DNA from: Octopus vulgaris
Taxonomy: Eukaryota
Length of the DNA: 64,000 nt
NCBI GenBank assembly: GCA_951406725.2
Contig: OX597823.1
Span: 11,160,001 to 11,224,000 of the forward strand
Direction of reading: 5' to 3'
How positions within the stretch are numbered: position 1 is the stretch's first letter; each line of letters begins with the position of its first letter. Made by a program: the position numbers and the translations under genes. Of this stretch, positions 1-12,490 are shown in pieces. The notes under the pieces are model-generated. The model ran no database searches, was not told where the DNA came from, and saw nothing but the letters and a program-made list of their open reading frames with translations.

Positions 1-394
1 TTTCGCACCACTGGTTGACATGTGACACGAGGGTCTCTAGTCTTAGATACACTATTCCTAGAAAACAAAGCTGGGATGGTTATGACTTGAATACTCTTGA
101 TCATGAGCCTTCTGAATCAGTGCTGACTTCTGTAAATATTTTTTAACAGTGCTTTTTTTCTCTTCTTGCCAGGTGCTTCTCTAGCTATATATTTCTTTTA
201 ATTTAACTGGTTATGCTAACTTCTACACAGCAATATTTTTCTGTTGTTTAGTCCCAGATCAGTCCTTATCAAACAGGTTATTGATGAAAGACAAAACAGT
301 CGTGATTGTCCTGCCATTTTGTATATTGGGGACTACATTGCCCACTGCATCTTCCCTTTTTTAATACACTTGTGGGGCAAGTCTTGACAGAGCC

Positions 395-1812
395 TCAATT
401 CTGCTGAGAAAGACAAGTCTTCACAAGTACAGCATATTACTATCCATCTTGGTTTCTCATCATCCTTTCTGAGAGACATCTTGAGGTCAGTCTTCACCGC
501 TTCATCCCACATTTTCCTAGGTCTTCCTCTTCCACAGGCTCCTCATCTATCTGCATCACATGACCATACCAGCACAGTCTTCTCTCCTGTGCACATATGA
601 TGCCTCTTATGGCCAATTTCTCTCTCAGCACATTCGTTCATTGTTGTACATGCTCACTGATGTTGCACATCCATTGGAGCATACATGTTTCATTTCTCTC
701 TAGTCTCCACATATCCTCTGCATTACAGCCCATGCTTCACAACCATGTAGCATTGCTGGTCATGCAGAGGCATTATATATCTTCCTTTCACTCTGAGAAA
801 GAGACCTTTTGTTATCAACAGAAGTAAAAGCTCTTTGAAGTTTCTCCAGCCAGTTCTTATTCTAGCAACTATACTTTCATAGCATCTTTCTCCACTGATG
901 TCTTGCAAACAACTTGCACATGCAAGTGCTACCAGTTAAAAGCTCCATATATCAGAAGCTAGCAAGTGTATTGGGTCATCAGGAGAGAATGCGCGCTGTT
1001 TCGGGGCCTACCTCTCGACGGTATCAATGTGCACCGGCCCCCCCTCACTGATATGAAGCCCCGCTTGCTAGATCAGCTGGTTATGAAGAACTCAATATAC
1101 TTCTAGCCATCGCTCATCGTCTCTTTTTAACCAAATCCAGTGGCTAGCCTTCTCCACTGTAGATTGGATATCAGTCATGGGTCACTTAGATAACATAATC
1201 TATCTACTAGTACTACCCAAACCTCCTGGACATTCCAGAATATCTATTTCTTGTGTGCTCTTATTATTTATTATTCCTGCTCAACTGCCGCAAACAGATT
1301 CTACTTTCCTGTGATTCCCCTGCACCTCCTATATGCCCATAGTTATTAGATTACTGAGTGAACATACAGAACAAAGCCATTTACTCAAAGGGGTTAGTAT
1401 CCTGTATGTTTTTCTGGTAACTAGAACTGTGGTTTAAGTTAACTTTAAGACCCTTTGATTCCAGGTTTTGCTTCTACACCAGGAATTCCATTTCTTATTC
1501 TACTACTGTTTCAGCTATAAGAACAAGGTCATTGGCACTGAGGGCTTCCCATGGGCAACTAGTCTTAAGTTCCTCTATTATGTCCTGAAGGACTGATAAA
1601 CAGGAGGGGACTGATAACTGAGCACTGACGATCTCCTATCTTCATACTAAATTCATCATTGTATTCATTGTTAACTCTCACTTTGCTGGCAGCATCCTTG
1701 TACATGGCTTGCATAGCAGTTACTAGTCATTCATCTACTTCTGGCTTCCATAGTAACCACCAGATGTGGGAGTGAGGCACCCCGTCAAAGGCTTTCTCCT
1801 GGTCAATGAATG
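395..1812 (-). pseudogene. Degenerate RTE-clade LINE reverse transcriptase/C-terminal fragment, interrupted by a 252-bp insertion
   Basis: Minus strand reads FIDQEKAFDGVP (~1777-1812, RTE DLEKAFDRVP motif), SPLLF (~1600), CPWEALSANDLV (~1525-1560, decayed YADD box) and ESIVARIRTGWRNFKELLLLLITKGLFLRVKGR (ORF 723-908). Frameshifts and stops throughout. Confidence 0.85.
898..1149. mobile_element. Unclassified 252-bp structured, CpG-rich insertion with 10-bp target-site duplication
   Basis: TTCTCCACTG at 888-897 and 1150-1159; RTE sequence resumes on both sides; several nested inverted repeats inside; no TIRs or simple-repeat tail. Confidence 0.65.
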
Positions 1813-2044
1813 TTTAAATACATTGGTTTGCTTTTTTATGAAGTTATTTTATGATATAAACAAACAAAAACAGTTCTATTTTTTTTCATGTGATTGCACA
1901 TTTATGCAGGGAAATATGATAGAATATTTATTTGGAAACTGAAATTATGCACAATTCTTCACTTTAGAGTTTAAAAAATAATACATTATATAATGAAATT
2001 CTAATGGTAAAAACTGTGACAGTGAAAAGTACTTCACCATAATA

Positions 2045-2198
2045 AAGGCAAAGTTGTGTGGTAGGTAGTTGGCTTCCCTACCACATGGTTCTAGGTTCAG
2101 GTTACTGCATGACACCTTGGGTAAGTGTCTTTTCCTATAGCCCTGGACTGACCAAAGCCTTGTGAGTGCATTTAGTAGACAGAAAAGGAAAGAAGCCC
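2045..2198 (+). mobile_element. SINE family A, diverged 5' half
   Basis: Matches the head of the 3361 copy (gtgtggtaggtag...ccacatggttctaggttcag...ccttgggtaagtgtctt...aaagaagccc). Confidence 0.8.
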
Positions 2199-2203
2199 AT
2201 TTT

Positions 2204-2620
2204 ATCATCATCATCAAAATTTAATGTATGCATGGGTTGGACAGCTTGACAGAAACTGTCAAAGCCAGGGCCCACACTAGGTTCCATAGTCTGTTTCAGC
2301 TTGGTTTCTGCAGCTGGGTGCCCTTCCAAATGCCAACCACTTTACAGAGTGTTCTGAGTGCTTTTCACATATTACCATTACCAGTGCTTTTTATGTGGCA
2401 CCTTGGTTTTAGGATATTAGTTCTATTGTGGTGAGCAGGCCTTCCTGAATACAGCAATGTGCCACATATCTCATTCTTTTGTCATCTCCTTTGTAAGGCT
2501 CAGTGTTTTGAGATAAGCCTTCAATACTGTGTCCCATGTTTTCCTGGGTCTCCCTCTTCCACAACTTGCTTCCACTTTAAGTGATTGGCACTTCTCTATG
2601 TAACTGTCTCATCCATGTAT
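2204..2620 (-). mobile_element. RTE LINE 3' end (ORF C-terminus, 3' UTR, (TGA)n tail)
   Basis: (cat)n at ~2204-2215; UTR similar to 18110-18273; minus strand GRGRPRKTWD at ~2530-2560. Confidence 0.75.
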
Positions 2621-3360
2621 TCTAGTATTTTCTCATTTTCTTAATGTTCTAAGTTTGAATTTGAAAAACTATATATTTAAAATTAGCAAGAGTAGGAAAA
2701 TTAACAATAATGAGCGGATTTTTTTTTTTGTGTGAAATTTGCTACGATGCTTTTTGATGCATCGATTTATCCTCAGTTTGGTTTCCATTGGGAGTTCGAG
2801 CCCTTAAGATTATAAAGACATGCAAAATGAATCAACTTAATTTTGTATTGATCAACAAAAAGATAATAGCGCAAGTGACATTTATGTGATGGCCTTGAAG
2901 GTGGCCGTAGTGATGATGAAGATGGTGTTGGTGTCTGTAATAATATCTAACCTCCCAGATCTGTAACAGCCATTGGGAAAATTCAAAACCTCTGTGCAAG
3001 TGTTATGTTGTGGCCTGAAGCAATAAACTTGGGCAATGTGAGGAATATATAATGAAATCATCGATTCTCTTCATCATCACAAGTAATTCAGTTTTTTAAG
3101 AAAATCATCATCATCATGATTACCATCACCACTACTACCAAAACCTTAATAAATGAAGGATAAAACCTCTATGTGGTTTCACAAACTGATAGAAATATCT
3201 TCCAATTATCCATAAAACCAGCATCTCTAATTTTAAAGAAACTACAGCCACATTAAATAATGGAGTCCTACCTACAATATTTAAGTTGCTGATAACATAT
3301 TTAATTCAAGGCGCATTGATAAACTAACTGAAACTAATGCAAGGAGCATTAATAAACATA

Positions 3361-3772
3361 GGCGCAGGAGTGGCTGTGTGGTAAGTAGCTTGCTAACCAA
3401 CCACATGGTTCCGGGTTCAGTCCCACTGCGTGGCACCTTGGGCAAGTGTCTTCTGCTATAGCCCTGGGCCGACCAATGCCTTGTGAGTGGATTTGGTTGA
3501 TGGAAACTGATAAGAAGCCTGTCGTATATATGTATATATATATATATATATATGTGTGTATGTGTGTGTTTGTGTGTCTGTGTTTGTCCCCCTAGCATTG
3601 CTTGACAACCAATGCTGGCGTGTTTACGTCCCCGTCACTTAGCGGTTCGGCAAAAGAGACCGATAGAATAAGTACTGGGCTTACAAAGAATAAGTCCTTG
3701 GGTCTAGTTGCTCGACTAAAGGCGGTGCTCCAGCATGGCCGCAGTCAAATGACTGAAACAAGTAAAAGAGTA
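3361..3772 (+). mobile_element. tRNA-derived SINE family A, full length
   Basis: A-box-like tggctgtgtggt, B-box-like ggttcagtccc, ccttgggcaagt core, internal (TA)n(TG)n, tail gactgaaacaagtaaaagagt; many similar copies in the window. Confidence 0.92.
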
Positions 3773-3971
3773 ACTGAAACTAATTATATAGTGAGAAAAT
3801 AAAAATGTTTCTAAATAATATTATTATTTTAAATGTTTTGTTTGATATGACAGACAATGCTAGAAATGTTTAGTTTTGTTATAACTTTATCATCAAAGTA
3901 TTGACTTTCTTTGCTTGATGAAAATAATAAAAAGACAGGATTGTCATGGCTGAACTGTGTCTAGCTATAGT

Positions 3972-4200
3972 TTAACCCTTTAGCATTTAAACCGGCCATA
4001 TCCGGCCAAAAGTATTCTGCCTGTTTTATGTTCAAACTGGCCAGATCTGGTCTCTCACACCAACCCTACAATATCGTTTTAAAAATTAACAGCTGCCTCA
4101 TCAAAATCTCAAAGCTACCAGATAATGCATGATTAATTCAAAGCAATAAGGATGAAAAAGAATTAGTTTTGGTAGAATAATGCGAACACTAAAGGGTTAA
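3972..4200 (+). mobile_element. piggyBac-type MITE with TTAA target duplication
   Basis: TTAA-CCCTTTAG...CTAAAGGG-TTAA; ~221 bp, non-coding; copies at 23642, 46639, 56473. Confidence 0.85.
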
Positions 4201-4951
4201 ATCAGGACTGATGTGAGGCTAAATGACAAAAATAATCACCTCTATCATCATAATTACTATCAGAAGAGTGATTATAACATTTAGGGGTTTTTTATCTCCA
4301 TGAAATATTTTATCTGAAAAATAATTTGCTTCTCAGTTTATATCAATTTATATTTTACTTTTAGTAAAAGAACATATTATACAACTGAAAGCTACTAATT
4401 TTGAAAGCAATTTCTGTAACATAATTATTACCTATAACAAATTAAAATTTTCAAGTATATGTAGAATTCTAATCAAATTATAATATTGATAAATATAAAC
4501 AATAATAGAAATATTAAAGAATATTGAATTATTTTCTTTGAAAATTATTAATTATTGCAATATTTCTATTTGATAAATGTATTTCATTTTCGACTTCATA
4601 ATATTTCACACATTTTTAATTGAATAATTGTTAACAATTAACATTGTACATGTATTTTTATTGTAGAAGTTTTTCAATTATCATTGTATTATTCATTACA
4701 GTTGTTTTTTTATTCCATAGCAATTCGGTTGGGCTTACATTTTCATGCTATATTTTGTTCTGTAACCATTTTATAGCCTGGCTTTCTTCATGTCATAATG
4801 TCGTAAGTTCACATTCTTCCTAAGTTTAGTTTATTATTTTCAACTGTGTATTTGATTTTGATGAAATTATACCATCCACGTAATTTATCATTTAATTCCT
4901 CTCCTCTTACTCAAATAGATCATGAGTCTTAAGTATTTCATAGATCTCAGA

Positions 4952-5172
4952 TACTCTTTTACTCTTTTACTTGTATCAGTCATTTGACTGCGGCCATGCT
5001 GGAGCACCGCCTTTAATCGAGCAACTCGACACCAGGACTTATTCTTTTGTAAGCCCAGTACTTATTCTATCGGTCTCTTTTGCCGAACCGCTAAGTAACG
5101 GGGACTTAAACACACCAGCATCGGTTGTCAAGCAATGCTAGGGGGAAAAACACAGACACACAAACACACACA

Positions 5173-5211
<39 letters not shown>

Positions 5212-5376
5212 GTACGATGGGCTTCTTTTCAGTTTCTGTCTACCAAATCCACTCACAAGGCTTTGGTCGGCCCGAGGCTATAATAGAAGACACTTGCCCA
5301 AGGTACCATGCAGTGGGACTGAACCCGGAACCATGTGGTTGGTAAACAAGCTACTTACCACACAGCCACTCCTGCG
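4952..5376 (-). mobile_element. SINE family A, full length
   Basis: Reverse complement of the 3361 copy, with (tactcttt)n tail at 4952. Confidence 0.92.
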
Positions 5377-5634
5377 ATGTGAACAGAATATTACAATCCT
5401 CTTTCATCATTTCGCCACTATTTTCACCACCACCACCACCACCACTGCCCCTACTGTTACTAGAAACACCATCTTTTATGAGTGAATGATTGAGCATTTT
5501 TGTGGTTGTTTCACCTGACAATAGAAGAACCCTACGACATATTTCTTTAAAAAAAGAGGGCGCTTTAAATAGTTTTTGGAATATTTACAATTCTTTAATA
5601 CTCTTTCATTCTACATTGAATTTATATTATATTT

Positions 5635-6731
5635 ATAATAATAATAATAATAATAATTGTGTACAGTGCTCAGGTGCACTACAACTCATCTAAAGTGTAT
5701 ATATAATCAGGTGAAGTTTCGGCGGATTTCGGAAAGCATGAGGGCCTTAAAAGATGCAGTGTCATGGCAGTCAACAACTGACGCAGGCAGTTTATTCCAT
5801 GCTTCAGCAACTCTGAGCGTGAAAAAATGTTTCCGAAAGTCATGGGAGCTGTATTGTTTTCTGACTTTGTAGGCATGTCCACGTGTGTTAGACACATGGA
5901 GATCAAAAAGGTGTTCAGTGTTGTTGTTGGTGAGGTGGTTGATAACTTTGTGGGTGTTTACCAAGTCCGTCGCCAAACGCCGGAGCTTCAGTGAATCCAT
6001 GCCCAGGGAAACAAGGCGCTCAGAATATGGTAGGTGTCTGATGGAGGGTATGCGTTTGGTTGCACGTCTCTGGACAGATTCCAGGAGGTCAATGTTCTGT
6101 GCAAGATAGGGGTTCCAAACTGATGATGCGAATTCCAAGTGTGGTCGTACCATAGCTGTATACAGTTTTAAATAGATGGCTGGAGAGCGGCTAACAAAAG
6201 ACCTGCTGAGTGATGCCAAGACACCCTCGGCCTTCCTGACAATCTTAGAGATATGCTTTGACCAACGCAAATCACTGCTGACAGTGATGCCTAGGTCACG
6301 CTCGCAAGAGGATTTCTTGATATCAGTGTTGTGGAGGGAGTATGTGAACGCAGGGTTTTTTCTCCCAAAATGCATGGTGGTACACTTGTCCACAGCCAGT
6401 TTCAGTTGCCAGTCTGTGATCCATTGCTGCATTGTGTCTAGGTCTGATTGCAGGAAAGAGTTGTAGACATCAGGATCTGTCCTCTTGATTTCAAGGTACA
6501 GCTTGATGTCGTCTGCATATTTCAATACTGTGGCATTCTTTAAATTGGCATCTATGTCGTTAATGTATGCCACAAACAAGAGGGGGCCAAGGACAGATCC
6601 CTGTGGTACACCCGATGACATCTCATATGGTGTAGAGTGCTGTCCTAGAACTGTGACTACCTCCTTTCGGCTGAGGATGAAGGATTTCAACCAGTTAAAA
6701 AGGTCATCCCCCACACCCATTGCAGAGAGTT
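5635..6731 (-). mobile_element. 5'-truncated CR1-clade LINE with short 3' UTR stem-loop and (ATT)n tail
   Basis: Carries RT ORF 5707-6720; UTR ...tgtagtgcacctgagcactgtacacaa then (att)n. Confidence 0.92.
5707..6720 (-). CDS. C-terminal 337 aa of CR1/L2-group LINE ORF2 (reverse transcriptase); N-terminus lost by 5' truncation
   Basis: SGVPQGSVLGPLLF, YADDIKLY, ERDLGI, VRPHLEFASSVWNPY, LESVQRRATK, TRGH, FFTLRVAEAWNKLP; no stops. The Met is internal, so this copy cannot encode a complete ORF2. Confidence 0.88.
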   Translation of the reverse strand: MGVGDDLFNWLKSFILSRKEVVTVLGQHSTPYEMSSGVPQGSVLGPLLFVAYINDIDANLKNATVLKYADDIKLYLEIKRTDPDVYNSFLQSDLDTMQQWITDWQLKLAVDKCTTMHFGRKNPAFTYSLHNTDIKKSSCERDLGITVSSDLRWSKHISKIVRKAEGVLASLSRSFVSRSPAIYLKLYTAMVRPHLEFASSVWNPYLAQNIDLLESVQRRATKRIPSIRHLPYSERLVSLGMDSLKLRRLATDLVNTHKVINHLTNNNTEHLFDLHVSNTRGHAYKVRKQYSSHDFRKHFFTLRVAEAWNKLPASVVDCHDTASFKALMLSEIRRNFT

Positions 6732-6735
6732 GATA

Positions 6736-7130
6736 TCTTTATATATAAAAGTAAGGTTGTGTGTCTGTCTCCTACGATTTAGATTCCTAACTACTCCCAC
6801 ATTTTGCGGTGCAGTTTAACCAAAACCGGGTATCTTATAGTCGTGATTCATATCAAGCCCTTCTGGGTATTAGCGCTCGTCTACGATGAGTCTACAATTT
6901 AAAAAAATTTACCATCATTTTTTCCATTTTAATGCATTTTTTCGCTATTATATAAGGGAAGTAACTCTCTAAAAATGTCTACGATGAGTCAACGATTTAA
7001 AAAAATTTACCATCATTTTTTTTTTCCATTTTTAATGCATTTTTTTGCTATTTTTTGGCTATAACTCTCTAAAAATGCTTATATAGTTATTTCCCTTACA
7101 AACCCGAGCAACGCCGGGCGATACTGCTAG
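6736..7130 (+). mobile_element. Non-autonomous Helitron
   Basis: Starts TC(tttatatataaaa), ends CTAG after subterminal hairpin cccgagcaacgccggg, lies between host A and T with no TSD; two internal ~100-bp tandem units. Confidence 0.88.
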
Positions 7131-7276
7131 TAACATATATGCTAATTCTAATCTTACTTCCACTTTCAATTTTCTTTATTTGTATGAATAATTATTTTAC
7201 GAAGTTACTTATCTTTTAAGCATCCCAATTTTCCTCTTAATTCATAAATATTAAACTGCATTAATGATGTCACAAA

Positions 7277-7380
7277 AGTTTGAAATTAATTCCTGATTAA
7301 GAATCATGTTAACAATATTTATGAAAATAGTTTGAAATTAATTCCTGATTGAGAATCATGTTAACAATATTTATGAAAAT
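7277..7380. repeat. 52-bp tandem duplication (one mismatch)
   Basis: agtttgaaattaattcctgatt(a/g)agaatcatgttaacaatatttatgaaaat x2. Confidence 0.9.
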
Positions 7381-7899
7381 AATTTTAAATATTTAATAAC
7401 ATAGTTTGAAAATATCAGGATATAATGAGCGAATCCATGACTAGAAAATGCGTATTTAATTAATGATAATGAAGCTAAGCTGTTAACAAGATGAATATTT
7501 TCATCCAAATTCACATTCAAGCCTGGAATACATTCAGCTTTTGTATTATCTAATGATTACAGTTAAACACAAACTACTAAAGGAGGAAAATGATTTTTTT
7601 ATTCATTTATTTAAACAATACTTAAATAAGGTAGATTTGAGTAGGAAGTTCAAAAAGATGAGTTTTTTTTCATAGTGTTTTTGTTATCTACTTTATTAAA
7701 TATTCCAACATTATCTTATGATACGATAATTATTTCATTATTATTATTATTCAAAAAAAATTTAATCAACTTCAGGAAATATTTCATATTATACAAGTTA
7801 TATATTTAATTTGTCAAAGAGGACGGGAGAGTAACTATGACTTTTAAAGGCCATTCATTCATCCAAGAATAGTGGGATTCCTGTAGTCAGTATTTGAAC

Positions 7900-8180
7900 T
7901 TTTGTAGATCAATGTATACCTGAAAAATTTAGGCAAATGCTTGGTGGGGAGAAATTTCAGAGGATTGCAATTCTTGGAGAAAGGATTAAGGAAGTATTTA
8001 AAGTGGAAACTGGGAGTTGAGATGCAGTATGATTGATAAGAAAAGGAAATCTTCTATAGGATTGGGTAGAAGTGATTTATTGCTAAGTAATTCAGAGGGA
8101 TGGAAACCATTGCAGCAACAGTTGAAAACAAAAAAGGGAGAGGAAACAGCATAACGTTTGTAGAATGTTGGCGAGTGAAT
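7900..8180 (-). mobile_element. Highly decayed CR1/L2-type LINE C-terminal remnant
   Basis: Minus strand YAVSS...CCCNGFHPSELL resembles the RRxVxSLxLFYRYYxGxCSSEL block of L2/CR1-group ORF2. Confidence 0.35.
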
Positions 8181-11098
8181 ATTTGCCTTGTTTTAAATAC
8201 AGTGTTAAATACAATGTTTCATCATCACCTGATTTAACATCCCCACCTTGCTCTCAATTGCTTTTAGAAGAGCCCTCTCTCATTTAGGCTAGCTCTCCAA
8301 TCTCTGGTCTAAGGATAACTTCTCCCACTTGCTTTGAGTGTCTTCAAAAAAAGTCATGGGTACTGACTTGCCTCCTTTTATTAATCATTAAATAAATAAA
8401 ACTGGAAGTCAAACTGTTTCTAATTAGGTTGGCTCTAGAAAGTAAGAATCAGCATACGGAGCTCCTTGTTTTGCTTATTGTAGAATAAAGCCCTTTATTT
8501 TTTTTACTTATAAGCATTGACTTTCTGACATGAAGATCTGAATCAGCTAATAAATTGAGAATTAATGATGCAAGAGTTATCCTTGAGATGAAGGTTCTAA
8601 AAGATGAAAGCTTTATATGAAAATGATATGAAATTGATGTCTGCTTTGCCTAAATACTAAAATAAAAAAAGTGGGGATAATGAATTGGAATTAATGATAA
8701 AATCTGTTACAAAAGTGAGATATCAGGTTCACCATGTTAGCAAATTGGTGTTTTAACTCTATCATAACCAAAATTTTCATATGCAGATGGATAGTGGTGG
8801 TTTTATATTTAGAAATCTGAAGATTAATCTTATTTATTCAGTTTTTATAGAAGAAAAATAAAATTTTAATACTTCTAAACTAAGCTATAGTATTTGATAA
8901 CAATATTGAGAAAAATAATGATTACAAAAATATTTCACTTCATAATCATAAGCTTTGTAAAGAGCAGCTGCAATTTCAAACTCTTGAAATTCTTCAAAGA
9001 AAGAAAGAAACTATGTTTTCAAAACTATCTACTTGACTAATTTCTAAGCTTGATTTATAAAATGTATTAAATACTTGCTGGAAAGTTCATATTAACTTAA
9101 TTGAAAACCTACTTGCAGTGAGATGGACAATCATATTGTGTAGTGATACCAAACTATAATATAATGGTACAGAAACTAATGAAACTCAAAACCAACTTAT
9201 ACAAAGTAATATAAATTATACTAAACATGATATAATGGTACCATAACTGTATCCCGAAAGTTTTCCATTTACGTTGTTAAGCTTTGTTACTGATAACCAC
9301 TCAAGAATTACTCAAATTTCAAGACCTACCTATAAAATGTCCAGTTTATAAAGAAGTACTTAAAAATAAATTCAAAGTTTCAGTAGTTGTATACTGGAAA
9401 ACTGAAGTGAAATAATCTAAGGAACTTATCAATTTTACTTTTTAAAATATTTCAGGCCTTTTTGCAGTTTTTTTTTTTTTTTTTTATCAGTTGTGGTTGG
9501 ACCACACCTGATGGTGTCTTGCTAACTTTACATCTCATTCCTCATTATCACAACAGATTGTTACCTTGAAGATTTATTCAGTTTGAAGCTCCATAAGGTT
9601 TTCCATCCCTTATGATTTAATATGTTTGGTCCTATTGTAATTTATTGTAATTAACACTATATCATCTGATGACTAGGATGTTTATAACAGAATTCCCTCT
9701 GTTGCAAGCATTCCAGTTTGGCTTTTGGTTTGGGGATTACTTCCTCCCTCCAGCTTACTTATTCCAGAGATCCTGTAAAAGGCCTCAATGTTTTCCCTTC
9801 TGACTAAAAGATGTAACAAAAAATTGCTTTTTTTCTTTTTTGCAAGTTGTGTGGAATAATGTTTACATAAATCTGTCTGTATATATTAATTCTTCCAACT
9901 GCATTACTCAAACATTTTGATCTAATCTTTGTTCTTCAAAATAAGATAGTAGCTGTGTAATTTAAAGCTAACAAACTGTTTTAGTTAATATAATATGTAA
10001 ATTAAAATTATCAAAGTGGATATTATATATATACAAATACATCACTTTTATATTGAAGTTTAAAAGTGGGAAGGGCAATTCTATAGCATCCACACTTATG
10101 TCAGTCTCAACCTCTCCCATTCTTGAAATATGATCAATGAGAAGGACCCACAAGGGGGTTGCATTAATTTCTTGAAAAAATACAAACAACAAAATTTGCC
10201 TCAAATTACACCCTGACATTATGAAAAATAAAAGTTATTTGGATAATGTGTTACTAAATAAGCTATAATCAAAAAGACTTGCTTAGTTGATTACTTTTTC
10301 AAATTCTCTCATTAGAGCTGAACAGAATTTAAAAAACAAGACACTTCAGCTTCTATTAGATTTCATATTATATTTCATTTTTCACATGCGTGGCATGGAG
10401 GGAGAGGGGAACAAATTACTGTATATGATTATGTTGAACAGATAATCAATAGCTTTTAGAATTATTATTTTCTTCCAAAGTCCCAATAGCAATTTAGAAC
10501 CCATATGCATTATAGATTCCTGATACTATGACTACTGGCATCGGCTGGTAAATGGTAAAGCAATTGTGAGAAATTTACTGTTTATATATCTTGTTTAATA
10601 TTGGTAGCTAAGAGTTAAAGGGACATAACTATATTTTAACTCAAAAATACAAAATTAACTGCCACTTGTTTTCTTTTATAATTGAGATATATTACTTTCC
10701 CATTTTGGATACAAAATGTACAACATGGACTTAAATGCACACATACTTTCGGTCACACACACACACACACACACACACGCAAAACAAAATATGATTTCTT
10801 ATGTGTCCTTGCCAACTATTCATTGCAAATAAGTAACTTCTTGATGGTAATTAAAAATTTCTTTATAATCAGTTTTTATTTTATTTATGTATTTATGTAA
10901 ATTATTGTTTAGCTAAGGATATATGAAGAATAATTTTGGAATAAATGAAATAATGTTATCTATGTTACTAGAATTGACTATATATATATATATTGGGTAG
11001 GACTATATGTGTATACTTATTGGATATTTATTTACATGTAATACATACACTTATACACACACACACATACATGTATGCATGTGTATGTATACAAATAT

Positions 11099-11207
11099 GA
11101 CACTGCATCCTTTAAGGCCCTCATGCTTTCTGTAATCCGCCGAAACTACACCTGATTATACATACACTTTAGATGAGTTGTAGTGCACCTGAGCACTGTA
11201 CACAATG

Positions 11208-11261
<54 letters not shown>
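11099..11261 (+). mobile_element. CR1 3' end, 5'-truncated
   Basis: Near-identical to the 3' end of 5635-6731; (tta)n tail. Confidence 0.9.
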
Positions 11262-11264
<3 letters not shown>

Positions 11265-11484
11265 GCATGTACGCAATTTTCTACATACTTGTTTCATTCA
11301 ATTTTATGCCAAATTTTCCATGTTGGCACAGGCTAGACAAATATATTATGGAGAAATTATTTTACAGCTAGATGTTCTTGATTCCTTTAACTAATATTTA
11401 CATGCTTTTCAAGTAAGGGATCTTTTATTCCACATATCTTTGGAAACTTTATGCCAGCGAACACACCATTGAAAAGAAAAGGAA

Positions 11485-11515
<31 letters not shown>

Positions 11516-12075
11516 CATATGTTTCTCTATGGGTGTGTGTATATGCAGAAGGTATAGAAAGGAATTACGTATAAAATAAGTTATATGAGGGTATATGCAG
11601 TGTGTTATGTATCATATATTTTTCATATATACATACTGATATATTGTGTGTATGTGTGTGTGTGCATGCAAATATATATTTTTTTTCTGTGCTTTCTATA
11701 CTTTTCCATGACAGAATAGCTGAAATTATGATGCTAGATATTACTCATTCTTGCATATCAACACGTCTCTACAGCAGATCATTGCTATGTACTTCCATAT
11801 AAAAAAAAAAACCCAACAAATAATGTTAATAGTAATGATAAAAATAATAAAGTAATGTAGCTTACTTTGGTTTACTGTGCCTCACTTTGCTCCTACTTTA
11901 TGATTGAGTGGTTTGTAAAATGAAGGGGTTATCCAGATGTGAAATAAGAATGCTTTATCTTTATGTCATCTTGGACATCACATACAAATGGAATAACATA
12001 CTGTTGCCTTTTCTTTTTTGATTTTTTCCTTCTGCACTTGCATGCTAGCATGAGTCAAAAGGTTATGAATATATA

Positions 12076-12490
12076 GGCGCAGGAGTGGCTGTGTGGTAAG
12101 TAGCTTGTTTACCAACCACACAGTTCCGGGTTCAGTCCCACTGCACGGCATCTTGACAAGTGTCTTCTGCTATAGCCCCGGGCTGACCAATGCCTTGTGA
12201 GTGGATTTGGTAGACGGAAACTGAAAGAAGCCTGTTGTATATATGTATATAAATATATATATGTATGTGTGTGTGTGTTTGTGTGTCTGTGTTTGTCCCC
12301 CTAGCATTGCTTGACAGCCGATGCTGGTGTGTTTACGTCCCCATCACTTAGCGGTTCGGCCAAAGAGACCGATAGAATAAGTACTGGGCTTACAAAGAAT
12401 AAGTCCTGGGGTCGATTTGCTCGACTAAAGGCGGTGCTCCAGCATGGCCACAGTCAAATGACTGAAACCAGTAAAAGAGTAAAAGAGTAA
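12076..12490 (+). mobile_element. SINE family A, full length
   Basis: Same head, core and tail as the 3361 copy. Confidence 0.92.

Noticed and set aside
3325-3784. 14-bp taactgaaactaat flanking the 3361 SINE as a TSD
   Set aside because: The left copy is 22 bp from the SINE and belongs to a pre-existing ~33-bp tandem duplication into whose second unit the SINE inserted.
3281-3802. Recurrent peptides such as RRHLPKVPRSGTEPGTMWLVSKLLTTQP in several ORFs
   Set aside because: They recur because they are translations of SINE family A, not a gene family.
5657-6733. Plus-strand ORFs 5657-5872, 5885-6109, 6176-6466 and 6485-6733
   Set aside because: Antisense shadows of the CR1 RT frame.
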